Source: Octopus sinensis
Lineage: Eukaryota
Length of the DNA stretch: 64,000 nucleotides
Reading direction: 5' to 3'
NCBI RefSeq assembly: GCF_006345805.1
Contig: NC_043012.1
Coordinates: forward strand, 11,222,001-11,286,000
Shown: piece by piece, positions 51,811-63,978 of the stretch
Numbering within the stretch: position 1 is the first letter of the stretch
Layout: each line of letters opens with the position of its first letter
Program-made: the position numbers and the translations under genes
The notes under the pieces: generated by a model
Databases searched by the model: none
What the model was told of the DNA's origin: nothing
Seen by the model: the letters and a program-made list of their open reading frames with translations, nothing else

Positions 51811-52109
51811 CTCCTTGAATTACACCCAAACATCTTTACAAAAAATGGTTACATTATATAAAGAAGTCTGGTGTATTCATGGCAAAATATAGCAGAAACA
51901 ACACTTGAGATCATTGATCAGATCTGTCAGTGTTAAACAACAACAACAACAAATAAAGATATAAAAATCAATGAAAGACAACAAATATGAAACACCTCCT
52001 ACCCATCTCCTTCCTGCCCTGTTTTATAATCAATACATGACTTACCAAATATATTTAATTATTTCATAGAATTTATCTTATCAGATTCTTGAAAACATTT
52101 CTATTATAG

Positions 52110-52148
52110 AGTTCCTGTGCTAGTATTCCGACCGTTTATTTCTATGCT
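52110..52148 (+). CDS. Candidate 39-nt exon (VPVLVFRPFISML, phase 2-2)
   Basis: tttctattatag| ... GCT|gtatgt; phase-compatible on both sides. Confidence 0.4.
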
Positions 52149-52203
52149 GTATGTGTGTGTATGTGTTTGTTGGTGCGTATACATGTGCATGTTGGTATAT
52201 ATG

Positions 52204-52243
<40 letters not shown>

Positions 52244-52329
52244 TGTGTTCATTCTCATTCTCCACATGTGTGTGTTTCAACTTAAAAGCAAAATGAGTAT
52301 TGACAATATAAAGTCAAACTTGTTTATAG

Positions 52330-52435
52330 GGGCCATGTTGATAACCCATTCCATCCCTACTCAGAGTTTGTTATTGCTACTTGTGACCCATCTGGTTTCA
52401 GAAGGACCACTCAGAGCAGCAAGGGAGTTAAATAA
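52330..52435 (+). CDS. Candidate exon (GHVDNPFHPYSEFVIATCDPSGFRRTTQSSKGVK*)
   Basis: aaacttgtttatag|G; open to TAA at 52433-52435. A second frame is also open, so the frame rests on the phase chain. Confidence 0.45.
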
Positions 52436-52524
52436 TGTATTTTGAGTATATGTACAGGGTTGGCCAAAAGCCTTTTGACAGTAAACCATTTAATTCCAAG
52501 ATTTATTTATATTTTACTATTGAA

Positions 52525-52847
52525 TCATCGTCGTCATCATCATCGGTTAACGTCCGTTTTCCATGCTAGCATGGGTTGGACGGTTCGACCGGGGTCTGGG
52601 AAGCCAGGAGGCTGCACCAGGCTCCAGTCTGATCTGGCAGTGTTTCTACAGCTGGATGGATGCCCTTCCTAACGCCAACCACTCCGTGAGTGTAGTGAGT
52701 GCTTTTTACGTGCCAGGCAAGGCTGGCAATGGCCATGATCAGTTGGTGCTTTTTATGAGCCACCGGCATGGAAGCCAGTCAAGGCGGCGCTGGCATCGGC
52801 CGCATTCGGTTGGTGCTTTTTACATGCCACCAGCACAGGGATCATGA
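52525..52847 (-). mobile_element. Non-LTR 3'-end-like repeat with (GAT)n tail
   Basis: Reverse complement of the 46075 family, better preserved. Confidence 0.7.
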
Positions 52848-53074
52848 AAATAATAAAAGCATCTAAATATGAAATGTCATGAAAACTGAAGTCCTTCTTG
52901 AGTAACAGATTTTTCCATTCGAGTCAATACAGAATTACAGATAATATTTATGGAATTTTCATTTATTGTCGGGTGACTTTTGGCCAAACTTATATATCTA
53001 TTATATAAAATCCGTTCTGTCTGTCTGTGTGTGTGTCTTCTAGGATCTCGGGTGTCCTCCATCTGATTGCGCTC

Positions 53075-53345
53075 AAATTTGATATGTAGATACATAGCTA
53101 ATACTACTATGGATCATGCTGCTGAGATAAATGAAGGGATCAACAACTTTGACACCCTTAGCCACAACAGAGACAGATAAGGTGGAATCCTCCAAGAAAC
53201 CAACAAAGGACTGGATCTTTGTCTTGACTCAAGAAACTCTAAGGCTTAGTGGTTCTGTTTCCTTAAGACATCCAGAGATTCAGCGCGAATAATTGGCTTA
53301 TCAGCAAAATCCAGGTCAGTAATCTTAGTTTCACCAGTGAGTGCA
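53075..53345 (-). pseudogene. Degraded RTE-type LINE reverse-transcriptase fragment
   Basis: On the - strand ITDLDFADK (FADD catalytic motif region), followed by ..LSLRVS*VKTKIQ, like RTE 'GL.ISW.KTK'. Confidence 0.65.
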
Positions 53346-53469
53346 ACACAACTAGATTAACTCTTTAGTATTTAATCCCGCCATATCTAGCCAAAATATT
53401 CTACCTGTTTAATGTTCAAACTGGCCTCTCAAACCAACACTACAATATCGTTTTTAAAATAGGCAACTA

Positions 53470-53981
53470 CTGTAAATCCTCGAGTATAGTCCGCCCTTGT
53501 GTATAATACGCAGGGGATTTTTAGGGGACTGTACTTCTGAAAAACCTAAACCTTGTGTATAATACACACCCCTTCTCTAACTTGAGTCAAGGAGGTCTAT
53601 ATAATGTGCTTGGTTTGTAAAGCTGTATACGGTAACGTCCTTTATTATTATTGTATATATAACATAATGCAAACGTGTAGCTTTTTTGTGCATTTTGTTT
53701 GCAGAAAATAAAGAAATAACAGTAATAACGTTTAATAAATGTTGTTTACTGCAAGTTATGGATGATTCTTTTATGATTTCCTTGCTTTCAGGCTTAGCTT
53801 AAGGTATTTTCGCGCCCGACATCATAAAATGTGTCTGAATACACATAGCCAGACAACAAATAGAGACTCGGACTTTGCTTAGAAAATAATTTTCATTTTT
53901 AACCTCGTATATAGTACACACTAGGGATTTTGACCTTTAAGTTTTGGGAAAAAAGTGCGGATTATACTCAAGGATTTACAG
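53470..53981. mobile_element. pogo/Tigger-type MITE (512 bp)
   Basis: TIRs CTGTAAATCCTCGAGTATAGTCCGC matching 23/25, TA duplication on both sides. Confidence 0.9.
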
Positions 53982-54670
53982 TACATCATCGATATCTCAA
54001 AGCTACAAGAAGATGTGAAACTAATTCAAAACAATGTGAATAAATAAACATTACACTTGACAGATTAATCTGAATGCTAAAGTGTTAAGCCACCGTCTGG
54101 TCAAGTAATCAATCCATGCAGATGTTGAACAGAATGGGAGTCACAATACAACCAAGACAGAGCCTAGATCTAACTAGGAAAAGGTCAGATGTTGAGCCTG
54201 CAAATCAAACTGGGCTCACTGTTCTTATGTACAAGGCCCTGTGATTTGTATGATTTGGGAGTGTCAGCTTGGGCTATTTGGTCATGTTGCTTGATTTTCT
54301 GAGTTAAATCATGCATACTGTGATCTCCTCTCTCAGGATCCAGCTGGAGTGACAGCTCATGCTTTTTGTCACATGCCTCGTGGTCACAGCAGGGAACTGA
54401 CTTGGATACTGTTCAGAGGGGTTGCCTGGGATAACCCAAGCAGATAACAAAAAATGGTGAATGCAGCAATGTGCTGCAACAGTGCATGATCCCTTACCTG
54501 GCCTTGGACGGCTCCAGTAGAATATTAGTTTTGCCAAGAGAAGGGGGTTGCCAGCTCTTTATTCAACTTTTCTTCATTTCTGAAGAATAGAACTTGGTAA
54601 ATTGTCTCATCTGATATGATCCTACCCATGGTATAATGTAGCAGATTCTGAAAAATGAAAGAGAAAAATC

Positions 54671-55085
54671 GGATCTTTTCGGTTTGAACGGCAGTTTTTA
54701 AAAATAATTTCCACGTAACTAAACACTTTTAAACTTCGTATACTGGTTGAATGTGTTTATAAAACATCTTTTCTCTTGGCTTTATTGAGAAAATGCTATA
54801 GTTTGTAAGATATTTGTTGTTTTTTTCTTCAATTTCTGCAATTTCAACCAATCAATGACGTCTATTGAGGTGAAAACATTCTGTGCCGTATGAATATGTC
54901 CCTCGTTTAAGAAACAGTTTGGGTTTATTTACATTTGTGAAGAAAAAAAAGATACCCTTCCCCCACCCCTAACCCTAACCCTAAAACAGATTGAAATGCA
55001 ATAAATCGATACTAGGGTCATAATTATGGGTGACAATTTCATATGACACCGCTAGAAAAAACTGCCGTTCAAACCAAAAAGATCC
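54671..55085. mobile_element. Non-autonomous TIR element (415 bp) with 8-bp TSD and internal (CCCTAA)3
   Basis: 29-bp TIR GGATCTTTTCGGTTTGAACGGCAGTTTTT (28/29); GAAAAATC duplicated at 54663-54670 and 55086-55093. Confidence 0.92.
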
Positions 55086-55438
55086 GAAAAATCTACCCTA
55101 GCGTGTGACTGGTACTTTATTTGTCAAAGTTTGAAGAGCGAAAGGTAACAGTGACATCAGCAGGATTTCAAATCAGTGCAGAAAGAACTGGAACAAATAC
55201 CACAAGGTATGTGTGTGTGTGTGCATGCATGATGTGTGTGTGTGTGTGTGTGTATGTATATTTTGTTTGTAGAGTTGGCTTTTGTGATAAGTTGTCTTTT
55301 TGTATGCAAGAGTGTGCATGTTTGTATATATATATATGAGTGTGTGTGTGATGTTTGTTTGAGTGTGTGAGTGTTTTTTATATTATTATTTTGTCCTTTT
55401 TTTCAATATTTTTTTTTATCTGCTTTTTCTCTTTGTAG

Positions 55439-55475
55439 CCAGTGAACCAGAAAGTTTAGTGCATTGAGTAGTCAG
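55439..55475 (+). other. Strong splice acceptor; candidate last exon of the + strand gene
   Basis: About 45-nt polypyrimidine tract ending ctttgtag|CC; all three frames stop within 30 nt (phase 0 PVNQKV*, phase 1 xSEPESLVH*). Confidence 0.3.
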
Positions 55476-56362
55476 GTGATGGTGGGGTGGGGTGGAGTGG
55501 GAACGTTGTCAGTTTGGGTGGTCATGGCCCTGTTGAGAATTATGGGTAATGAAATACACATCCACTGACAAAAAAGATTTCTTTCATTTGTAGTGGCTTG
55601 CCCTGCTAAACATAGCAACCCAATCCCCCTCAAGTCACATCAGCTCTTCTTAAAAAAACAAACCCACATTGAATAATGTGGATCTTTGTTTTCTGCTCAG
55701 CAGGGAACGTCAAAATGGTCATGGTTGGATTGTCTTCCATCAAATTTCTACTTAAGTCAGGTTGACCTTGGGTTAAACAACAAACACAAACGCATGTACA
55801 CACACACACACACACACAACATGTTTTACTTTTGTAATTTAAAAAAATGCATTTAATTTTTTTAAAGAGTAAAAGCTAACAATTACTACTTTTTCTTAAA
55901 TTAAAAAAGCTAATTAATTAATTAATACAGATTAGGTGAGAGAAGATGGAGTGGGGGGAGCAGAACTTTAACATAAAAAAATCTCTTTTGACGAAAAAAA
56001 CCCCTCAAAACCTCCCCTTACACCTTTTTTTCTTTCTTTGAGCCCCTTAACCAAGGCCCTTGCCAACACAAAATCCAGGTCATAGATGTCCCTGCCTCCA
56101 CACCCCATGACACCACCACCACACCACCATCCATTGCCATTACAAACTTACATAAGAAACTAACTTGAAATAATCTAATTATTTAACCTAAATCTATCTT
56201 ACCCCCACTCCTACCCATGCTATGCTCTCATTCATTGCCCCCACCCAATGCCCCATCTACCTGCTCACCAACCCACCAACCCACCTGCCCCGATTTTCCT
56301 GAACACCACACCTACCCTTTCATCTACCCACATTGTAAAATTTGAAACATGTTAAGACTTAC

Positions 56363-56376
56363 ATGTCCACATTAAC
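56363..56376 (-). other. Candidate 14-nt microexon
   Basis: gttcatctatgttcag|GTTAATGTGGACAT|gtaagt on the - strand. Confidence 0.25.
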
Positions 56377-56409
56377 CTGAACATAGATGAACACACACAC
56401 ACATGATAT

Positions 56410-59400
56410 ATGCACTCATACACACACAAACACTTGCACATACACACACACAAACACTTGCACATACACACACACAAACACTTGCACATACACACACACA
56501 AACACTTGCACATACACACACACAAAACACTTGCACATACACCACACACAAAACACTTGCACATACCACACACACAACACTTGCACATACACACACACAA
56601 ACACTTGCACATACAACACACACACATGCACTCATACACAACACACACACAAAACACTTGCACATACACACACACAAACACTTGCACATACACACACACA
56701 ACACTTGCACATACACACACAAACACTTGCACACACACACACATGCACATACACACACACAAACACTTGCACATACACACACACAAACACTTGCACATAC
56801 ACAACACACAAACACTTGCACATACACAACACAAACACTTGCACATACACACACACATGCACTCATACACAAACACACACACAAACACTTGCACATACAC
56901 ACACACAAACACTTGCACATACACACACACAAAACACTTGCAAATACACACACACAACACTTGCACATACACACACACAAACACTTGCACATACACACAC
57001 ACAAACACTTGCACATACACACACACAAACACTTGCACATACACACACACAAACACTTGCACATACACACACACAAACACTTGCACATACACACACAAAA
57101 CACTTGCACATACACACACACAAACACTTGCACATACACACACAACACACTTGCACATACACACACACAAACACTTGCACATACACACACACAAACACTT
57201 GCACATACACACACACACAACACTTGCACATACACACACACAAACACTTGCACATACACCACACACAAACACTTGCACATCACACACACACAAACACTTG
57301 CACATACACACAACACAAACACTTGCACATACACACACACAAACACTTGCACATACACACCACACATGCACCTAACACAAACACACACACAAAACACTTG
57401 CACACATACACACACACAAACACTTGCACATACACACACACAAAACACTTGCACATACACACACACAAACACTTGCACATACACACACACATGCACTCAT
57501 ACACAAACACACACACAAACACTTGCACATACACACACACAAACACTTGCACATACACACACACAAACACTTGCACATACACACACACAAACACTTGCAC
57601 ATACACACACACAAACACTTGCACATACACACACACAAACACTTGCACATACACACACACATGCACTCATACACAAACACACACACAAACACTTGCACAT
57701 ACACACACAAACACTTGCACATACAACACACAACAAACACTTGCACATACACACACACAAACACTTGCACATACACACACACAAACACTTGCACATACAC
57801 ACACACAAAACACTTGCACATACACACACACACAAACACTTGCACATACCACACACACAAACACTTGCACATACACACACACAAACACTTGCACATAACA
57901 CACACACATGCACTCATACACAAACACACACACAAACACTTGCACATACACACACACAAACACTTGCACATACACACACACAAACACTTGCACATACACA
58001 CACACAAACACTTGCACATACCACACACACATGCACTCATACACACAAACACACACACAAAACACTTGCACATACACACACACAAAACACTTGCACATAC
58101 ACACACACAAACACTTGCACATACACACACACAAACACTTGCACATACACACACACAAACACTTGCACATACACACAACATGCACTCATACACAAACACA
58201 CACACAAACACTGCACATACACACACCACAACACTTGCACATACACACACACAAACACTTGCACATACACACACACAAAACACTTGCACATACACACACA
58301 CAACATGCACTCATACACAAACACACACACAAACACTTGCACATACACACACACAAACACTTGCACATACACACACACAAACACTTGCACATACACACAC
58401 ACAAACACTTGCACATACACACACACACATGCACTCATACACAAACACACACACAAACACTTGCACATACACACACACAAACACTTGCACATACACACAC
58501 ACAAACACTTGCACATACACACACACAAACACTTGCACATACACACACACAAACACTTGCACATACACACACACATGCACTCATACACATACACACACAC
58601 AAACACTTGCACATACACACACACAAACACTTGCACATACACACACACAAACACTTGCACATACACACACACAAACACTTGCACATACACACACACAAAC
58701 ACTTGCACATACACACACACATGCACTCATACACATACACACACACAAACACTTGCACATACACACACACAAACACTTGCACATACACACACACAAACAC
58801 TTGCACATACACACACACAAACACTTGCACATACACACACACATGCACTCATACACATACACACACACACACACAAACACTTGCACATACACACACACAA
58901 ACACTTGCACATACACACACACAAACACTTGCACATACACACACACAAACACTTGCACATACACACACACAAACACTTGCACATACACACACACAAACAC
59001 TTGCACATACACACACACAAACACTTGCACATACACACACACAAACACTTGCACATACACACACACATGCACTCATACACAAACACACACACAAACACTT
59101 GCACATACACACACACAAACACTTGCACATACACACACACAAACACTTGCACATACACACACACAAACACTTGCACATACACACACAAAACACTTGCACA
59201 TACACACACACAAACACTTGCACATAACACACACACAAACACTTGCACATACACACACAAAACACTTGCACATACACACACACAAACACTTGCACACACA
59301 CACACATGCACTCATACACAAACACACACACAAACACTTGCACATACACACACACAAACACTTGCACATACACACACACAAACACTTGCACATACACACA

Positions 59401-59727
59401 CACAAACACTTGCACATACACACACACAAACACTTGCACATACACACACACAAACACTTGCACATACACACACACAAACACTTGCACATACACACACACA
59501 AACACTTGCACATACACACACACAAACACTTGCACATACACACACACATGCACTCATACACAAACACACACACAAACACTTGCACATACACACACACAAA
59601 CACTTGCACATACACACACACAAACACTTGCACATACACACACACAAACACTTGCACATACACACACACAAACACTTGCACATACACACACACATGCACT
59701 CATACACAAACACACACACACACACAC
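56410..59727. repeat. 3.3-kb satellite of a 24-bp unit (AAACACTTGCACATACACACACAC) punctuated by a 26-bp variant
   Basis: Period 24 (QTLAHTHT peptide repeat); variant ATGCACTCATAC recurs at spacings such as 122, 146, 170 and 242. Confidence 0.97.
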
Positions 59728-59935
59728 AACTGAAAGAAGCCCGTCATATGTATGTTTATATATGTGTGTGTGTCTGTGTGTGTCTGTGTTTGTCCCCCTC
59801 CCCTGCCATTGCTTGACTATTGATGTTGGTGTGTAAGTACTACTAGGTTTACAAGGAATAAGTACTGGGACTGATTTGTTCTACGTGTGGTGCTCCAGCA
59901 TGGCCGCAGTCAAATAACTGAAACAAGTAAAAGAA
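59728..59935 (+). mobile_element. SINE family A, 3' part, abutting the satellite
   Basis: Starts at AACTGAAAGAAGCCCGTC; head absent. Confidence 0.8.
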
Positions 59936-59944
59936 TATACACAA

Positions 59945-60108
59945 CAAGCTTCTTTCAGTTTCCGTCTACCAACCAAATCCACCCACAAGGCTTTGGTCGG
60001 CCTGAGGCTATAGTAGAAGACACTTGCCCAGGGTTCCACACAGTGGGACTGAACCTGAAACCATGTGGCTGGGAAGCAAACTTCTTAACACATAGCCCAA
60101 GCCAGTGC
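59945..60108 (-). mobile_element. SINE family A, 5' half, head adjoining a splice donor
   Basis: Reverse-complement head and body. Confidence 0.82.
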
Positions 60109-60112
60109 TTAC

Positions 60113-60215
60113 AGGTGATATGGAAGTTAATTATGGTGGTGTCCTCCCTCCACTTATCTTGGAGAGTGGTTTCTTTGAAAATGTACTGAGTCTTAGGCAA
60201 TTGCTCATCCGACTC
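60113..60215 (-). CDS. Exon of an unidentified - strand gene (ESDEQLPKTQYIFKETTLQDKWREDTTIINFHIT, phase 0-1)
   Basis: Strong acceptor ttttacattgcttttccatacttgcag|G and donor CCT|gtaagc; single open frame, 103 nt. Confidence 0.6.
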
Positions 60216-60383
60216 CTGCAAGTATGGAAAAGCAATGTAAAATGATGATAGGTTTATATATCATTGTTTGTGTATAAAATATATACCTTGTATGCATATA
60301 TGTGCGTATATATACGCTCAAGATTTTACTGATTGTTTCTGCTATTGTAATTGTGCTTTTATGAAAATGTTTCATACAGAAGG

Positions 60384-60437
<54 letters not shown>

Positions 60438-60469
60438 TTATGCATCCTTTTCAAGCCTAGCCAGGCTCA

Positions 60470-60745
60470 TGGGCCCGGTTTCTATGGCGTACGTGTTCCC
60501 TCCAGCTGGACGGGATGCCAGTCCATCACAGTGTTACTCAAGAAACAGGAATAAAGAGTGAGAGAAAGTTGGGGCAAAAGACTACAACAGGGGTCGCCCC
60601 TAACCCTAACACCCACTTTTGCCAGCAGAATGGACTGGAGCAAAGTGGAATAAAGTGTTTTTGCCCAAGGACACAGCACACCATCTGGTATCGAATTCAT
60701 GACCTCGTGGTTGTCAGCGGAATAGCCTAACCACTTAGCCATGTC
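60470..60745 (-). mobile_element. SINE with family C-type body and a third tail type
   Basis: Shares the ACTTTCTCTCACTCTTTATTCCTGTTTCT module, then a different tail. Confidence 0.7.
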
Positions 60746-60751
60746 CATAGT

Positions 60752-61197
60752 GCAGGTGTGGCCGTGTGGTAAAAAGCTTCTTCCTAATCACATGGTTCCT
60801 GGTTCAGTCCCACTGCATGGCACCTTGGGCAAGTGTGTTCTACTATAGCCTTGAGCCAACCAAAGACTTGTGAGTGGATTTGGTTGACAGAAACAGAAAG
60901 AAGCCCATCATATATGTATTTGTATGTGTGTGTATATGTGTGTGTATATATATGTGTGTATATGTATATATGTGTATATATATATATATGTATTTATGTG
61001 AGTGTGTGTTTGACCCCCACATCATTGCTTGACCACCAATGTTGGTGTGTTTACGTCCCTGTAACTTTGGCAAAAGAGACCGATAGAATAAGTACTAGGC
61101 TTACAAAGAATAAGTCCTGGAGTCGATTTCTTCAACTAAAATAACTCTTTTAGGTAGTGCTCCAGTATGGTCAAATGACTGAAACGAATAAAAGAAT
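60752..61197 (+). mobile_element. SINE family A, full length
   Basis: Complete, CpG-decayed. Confidence 0.86.
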
Positions 61198-61297
61198 ATA
61201 TATACATAACACGCATATATGATGTAAAACTATAATCTGCCCCACCTAGCCACTCCATTCAATACTTGACCACCAAGTGTGTGTGTGTGTGTGTTAC

Positions 61298-61350
61298 ATG
61301 ATGACAATCCAAACCAAAATTTCTACGAAATGAATCATTCCATATGGTTC
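61298..61350 (-). CDS. Exon of - strand gene (G-TIWNDSFRRNFGLDCHH, phase 1-0)
   Basis: gtatttgtatag|GA ... CAT|gtaaca; 53 nt, phase-compatible with both neighbours. Confidence 0.45.
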
Positions 61351-61967
61351 CTATACAAATACATTCTCTAGCAAAGAGGTTTTCTTTAGATTCAATTCAT
61401 TGCTGTATATTAGAATTTTTTTTTTATTCTCCCCGCCTTTTCTTTCTTTTTTTAATTTATTTTCCCAGTGTCTTTGGTAATTTTTGATTAAAATACATAC
61501 TTTTTCTTGCTTTTTTTTTCATTTTCATTTCCTTTCTGTAATATTTTTATTTAAATTTCAATCAACTGGCTTGCCTTATTTATAGAATTGATATTAAAAC
61601 AAAATTCTAAAGATGTACAATAAAATTTCTCTTTAGTGGAAATAATTCTTAAAACTGCAAGTTTTAATATCTATTATTCTTCTCATTTCAAATTACTACA
61701 AAATTAAAAACTTAAAATGGAAAACTATAAACAACTGTAAACAATGGCTTGTCTCTGTTTTGTCAATGTATTAGTTGGGTCTAAAATTTCTATAATTTCA
61801 AATGATTTTTCATCTTTTAATCACATGGATTTTCTGTTTTAGTCAACAGTCAAAACTTGATAATTAGAGCAAAATTTAGACACCCACTGCTAACATTTCA
61901 ATCTAAACTAGCAAAACCTGTGTAAATTCCATGCTTTGTACACAGACTCATGTTTCTATTTTGATAC

Positions 61968-62076
61968 CATAAATCGATAAATCTTCGTAACTTAGTTTCA
62001 TTACGTCAAAGTCTTTGTCTTCTGTTTGATTTTTATGGTTAAGGTTGTTTAAAACAAAATATTGAAATAAATGCAA
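61968..62076 (-). CDS. Exon of - strand gene (LHLFQYFVLNNLNHKNQTEDKDFDVMKLSYEDLSIY, phase 0-1)
   Basis: ttgttctgttttctccaactaag| ... ATG|gtatca; lies in ORF 61948..62148. Confidence 0.45.
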
Positions 62077-62110
62077 CTTAGTTGGAGAAAACAGAACAAT
62101 ATTATAAATT

Positions 62111-62483
62111 GGAGTGGCTGTGTGGTAAATAGCTTGCTTACCAACCACATGGTTCCGGGTTCAGTCCCACTGCATGGCATCTTGGGCAAGTGTCTTCTAC
62201 TATAGCCTCGGGCCGACCAAAACCTTGTGAGTGGATTTGGTAGACGGAAACTGAAAGAAGCCCGTCATATATATGTATGTGTTTGTGTGTCTGTGTTTGT
62301 CCCCCGAACATCACTTGACAACTGATGCTGGTGTGTTTGCATCCCTGTAACTTAGTGGTTCGGCAAAAGAGTCCGATAGAATAAGTACTAGGCTTACAAA
62401 GAATAAGCCCTGGGGTCGATTTGCTCGATTAAAGGCTGTGTTCCAGCATGGCCGCAGTCAGATGACTGAAACAAGTAAAAGAG
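62111..62483 (+). mobile_element. SINE family A, full length
   Basis: Complete. Confidence 0.9.
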
Positions 62484-62902
62484 TATCACAGATTTGAGAG
62501 TGAAAAGGGTAACAGAGGCATCAACAACCACAATACCAATTTTACTAATTGCTGGATAGCAAGTAATATAAACACACATACATACATGCATATAAACATA
62601 CATACATACATATCAAATTGGCATTTATAAAGTTAAATAATATTTGAATATAATAGTTTATGTTAATGATGTATATATTCCTTTCTACTTTGAGGGTGGG
62701 GCAGCTAGTTGATTACATCAACCCCAGTATTCAACTGGTACCTATTTTCTTGACCCTGAAAGGACAAAGGGCAAAGTCAACCTTTGTGGAATTTGACCTC
62801 GGAGCATAAGGTTGGACAGAATGCCACAAACCATTTTGTCCGGCATGCTAATGGTACTGTTAGTTCACCTCCAAAATAACAATGTACTTAGTGATTCTTA
62901 AC

Positions 62903-62950
62903 AAGTTCCAACATATTTGAATGTAAAAAGGTTTTTTTTTTGCATTTCAC
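62903..62950 (-). CDS. Candidate exon (VKCKKKTFLHSNMLEL, phase 0-0)
   Basis: Very strong acceptor tctctttctttcttttgttgctttctgaag|GTG; needs a weak gttaag donor, otherwise stops at TAA. Confidence 0.25.
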
Positions 62951-63079
62951 CTTCAGAAAGCAACAAAAGAAAGAAAGAGACCTCGCTATTATGTAAATAG
63001 AGGAATTTATCTGTAAATGTAATATGTGACAATTATTCGGTAACCATGATAAAACTCCAAGTTTTGGATAGGATATAAT

Positions 63080-63111
<32 letters not shown>

Positions 63112-63115
<4 letters not shown>

Positions 63116-63255
63116 CTCTCCTTGTTTTTTCTGTGTCCCTTTGTGTAGAAGAGTGTAGGATCGAAACGTAAAAGACTTTTTTTATTCCTGAGCGTTATAC
63201 TAATACATCTGTTTGTTTTGCACACCACCTGTCTTTGTCTTTTGTTTTTTTTGTA
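63112..63255 (+). mobile_element. Penelope-like element, family 2, decayed hammerhead
   Basis: CCCTTT-GTGTAGA-A-GAGT(GTAG)GATC-GAAACGTAAAAG; TA-flanked. Confidence 0.55.
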
Positions 63256-63282
63256 TATATGCATATATATATAGGGTATATA

Positions 63283-63365
<83 letters not shown>

Positions 63366-63674
63366 GGGCTTATATGCATGGTCAGTAAGTCTGTAGAATA
63401 TTATATATTTATATCTATAACTACGACATTCATTCCTTGAAATTTATTCTCTGTGCATTATGTTCTTAATGTCAGAATTAAAGCCTCGTATCATATGTAC
63501 TATTTATGAAGGCTGGTATTGCTTGTCACAGCTACTATCATTTATCAACCAGGAAACAAATTTTAATAGAACAAGTGTTAAGAGTTAGCCTGGAGTTTTT
63601 TTTTTTGTTTAACATCAACTGAATATATTAGTTCTCTCCAGAAATGATTGATTCCGGTGTCATTCTTAAATTAC

Positions 63675-63707
63675 CGAAATTCTTTTCCATTCTGCATTAC
63701 TCTGCTT
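63675..63707 (-). CDS. Candidate 33-nt exon (KQSNAEWKRIS, phase 0-0)
   Basis: tttgttttgaaag| ... TCG|gtaatt; a second frame is also open. Confidence 0.25.
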
Positions 63708-63819
63708 CTTTCAAAACAAACGTATTTTTTATTCATTCATTCAAACATAATATAAATTTTTATATGTGTATGTGTGTGTGTTTATGTGTATGTCTATGTG
63801 TGCGTGTGTATATATATAT

Positions 63820-63875
<56 letters not shown>

Positions 63876-63929
63876 ATATACATGTGTGTGCATATATATA
63901 TACATACATACATATATATATATATTTTT

Positions 63930-63978
<49 letters not shown>

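Noticed and set aside
52110-52435. VFRPF as an RNA polymerase RPB7/RPC8 motif, or CDPSGFRR as aminopeptidase N
   Set aside because: Only 5-8 residue resemblance with non-matching flanks; no gene symbol assigned.
52997-53065. Second Helitron 5' end (TCTATTATATAAAATCCGTTCTGTCTG)
   Set aside because: No hairpin or CTAG 3' end follows; too short to support.
54130-54560. RTE 5' region belonging with the 53075-53345 RT fragment
   Set aside because: Only a vague resemblance; no motif could be translated with confidence.
56352-59836. Very long ORFs (up to 1137 aa) rich in H/T or C/V
   Set aside because: Translations of a stop-free 24-bp satellite, open in several frames on both strands; not evidence of a protein.
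60114-60221. + strand reading GDMEVNYGGVLPPLILESGFF.. as an exon
   Set aside because: The - strand has much stronger splice sites and phase-compatible neighbours; treated as an antisense shadow.
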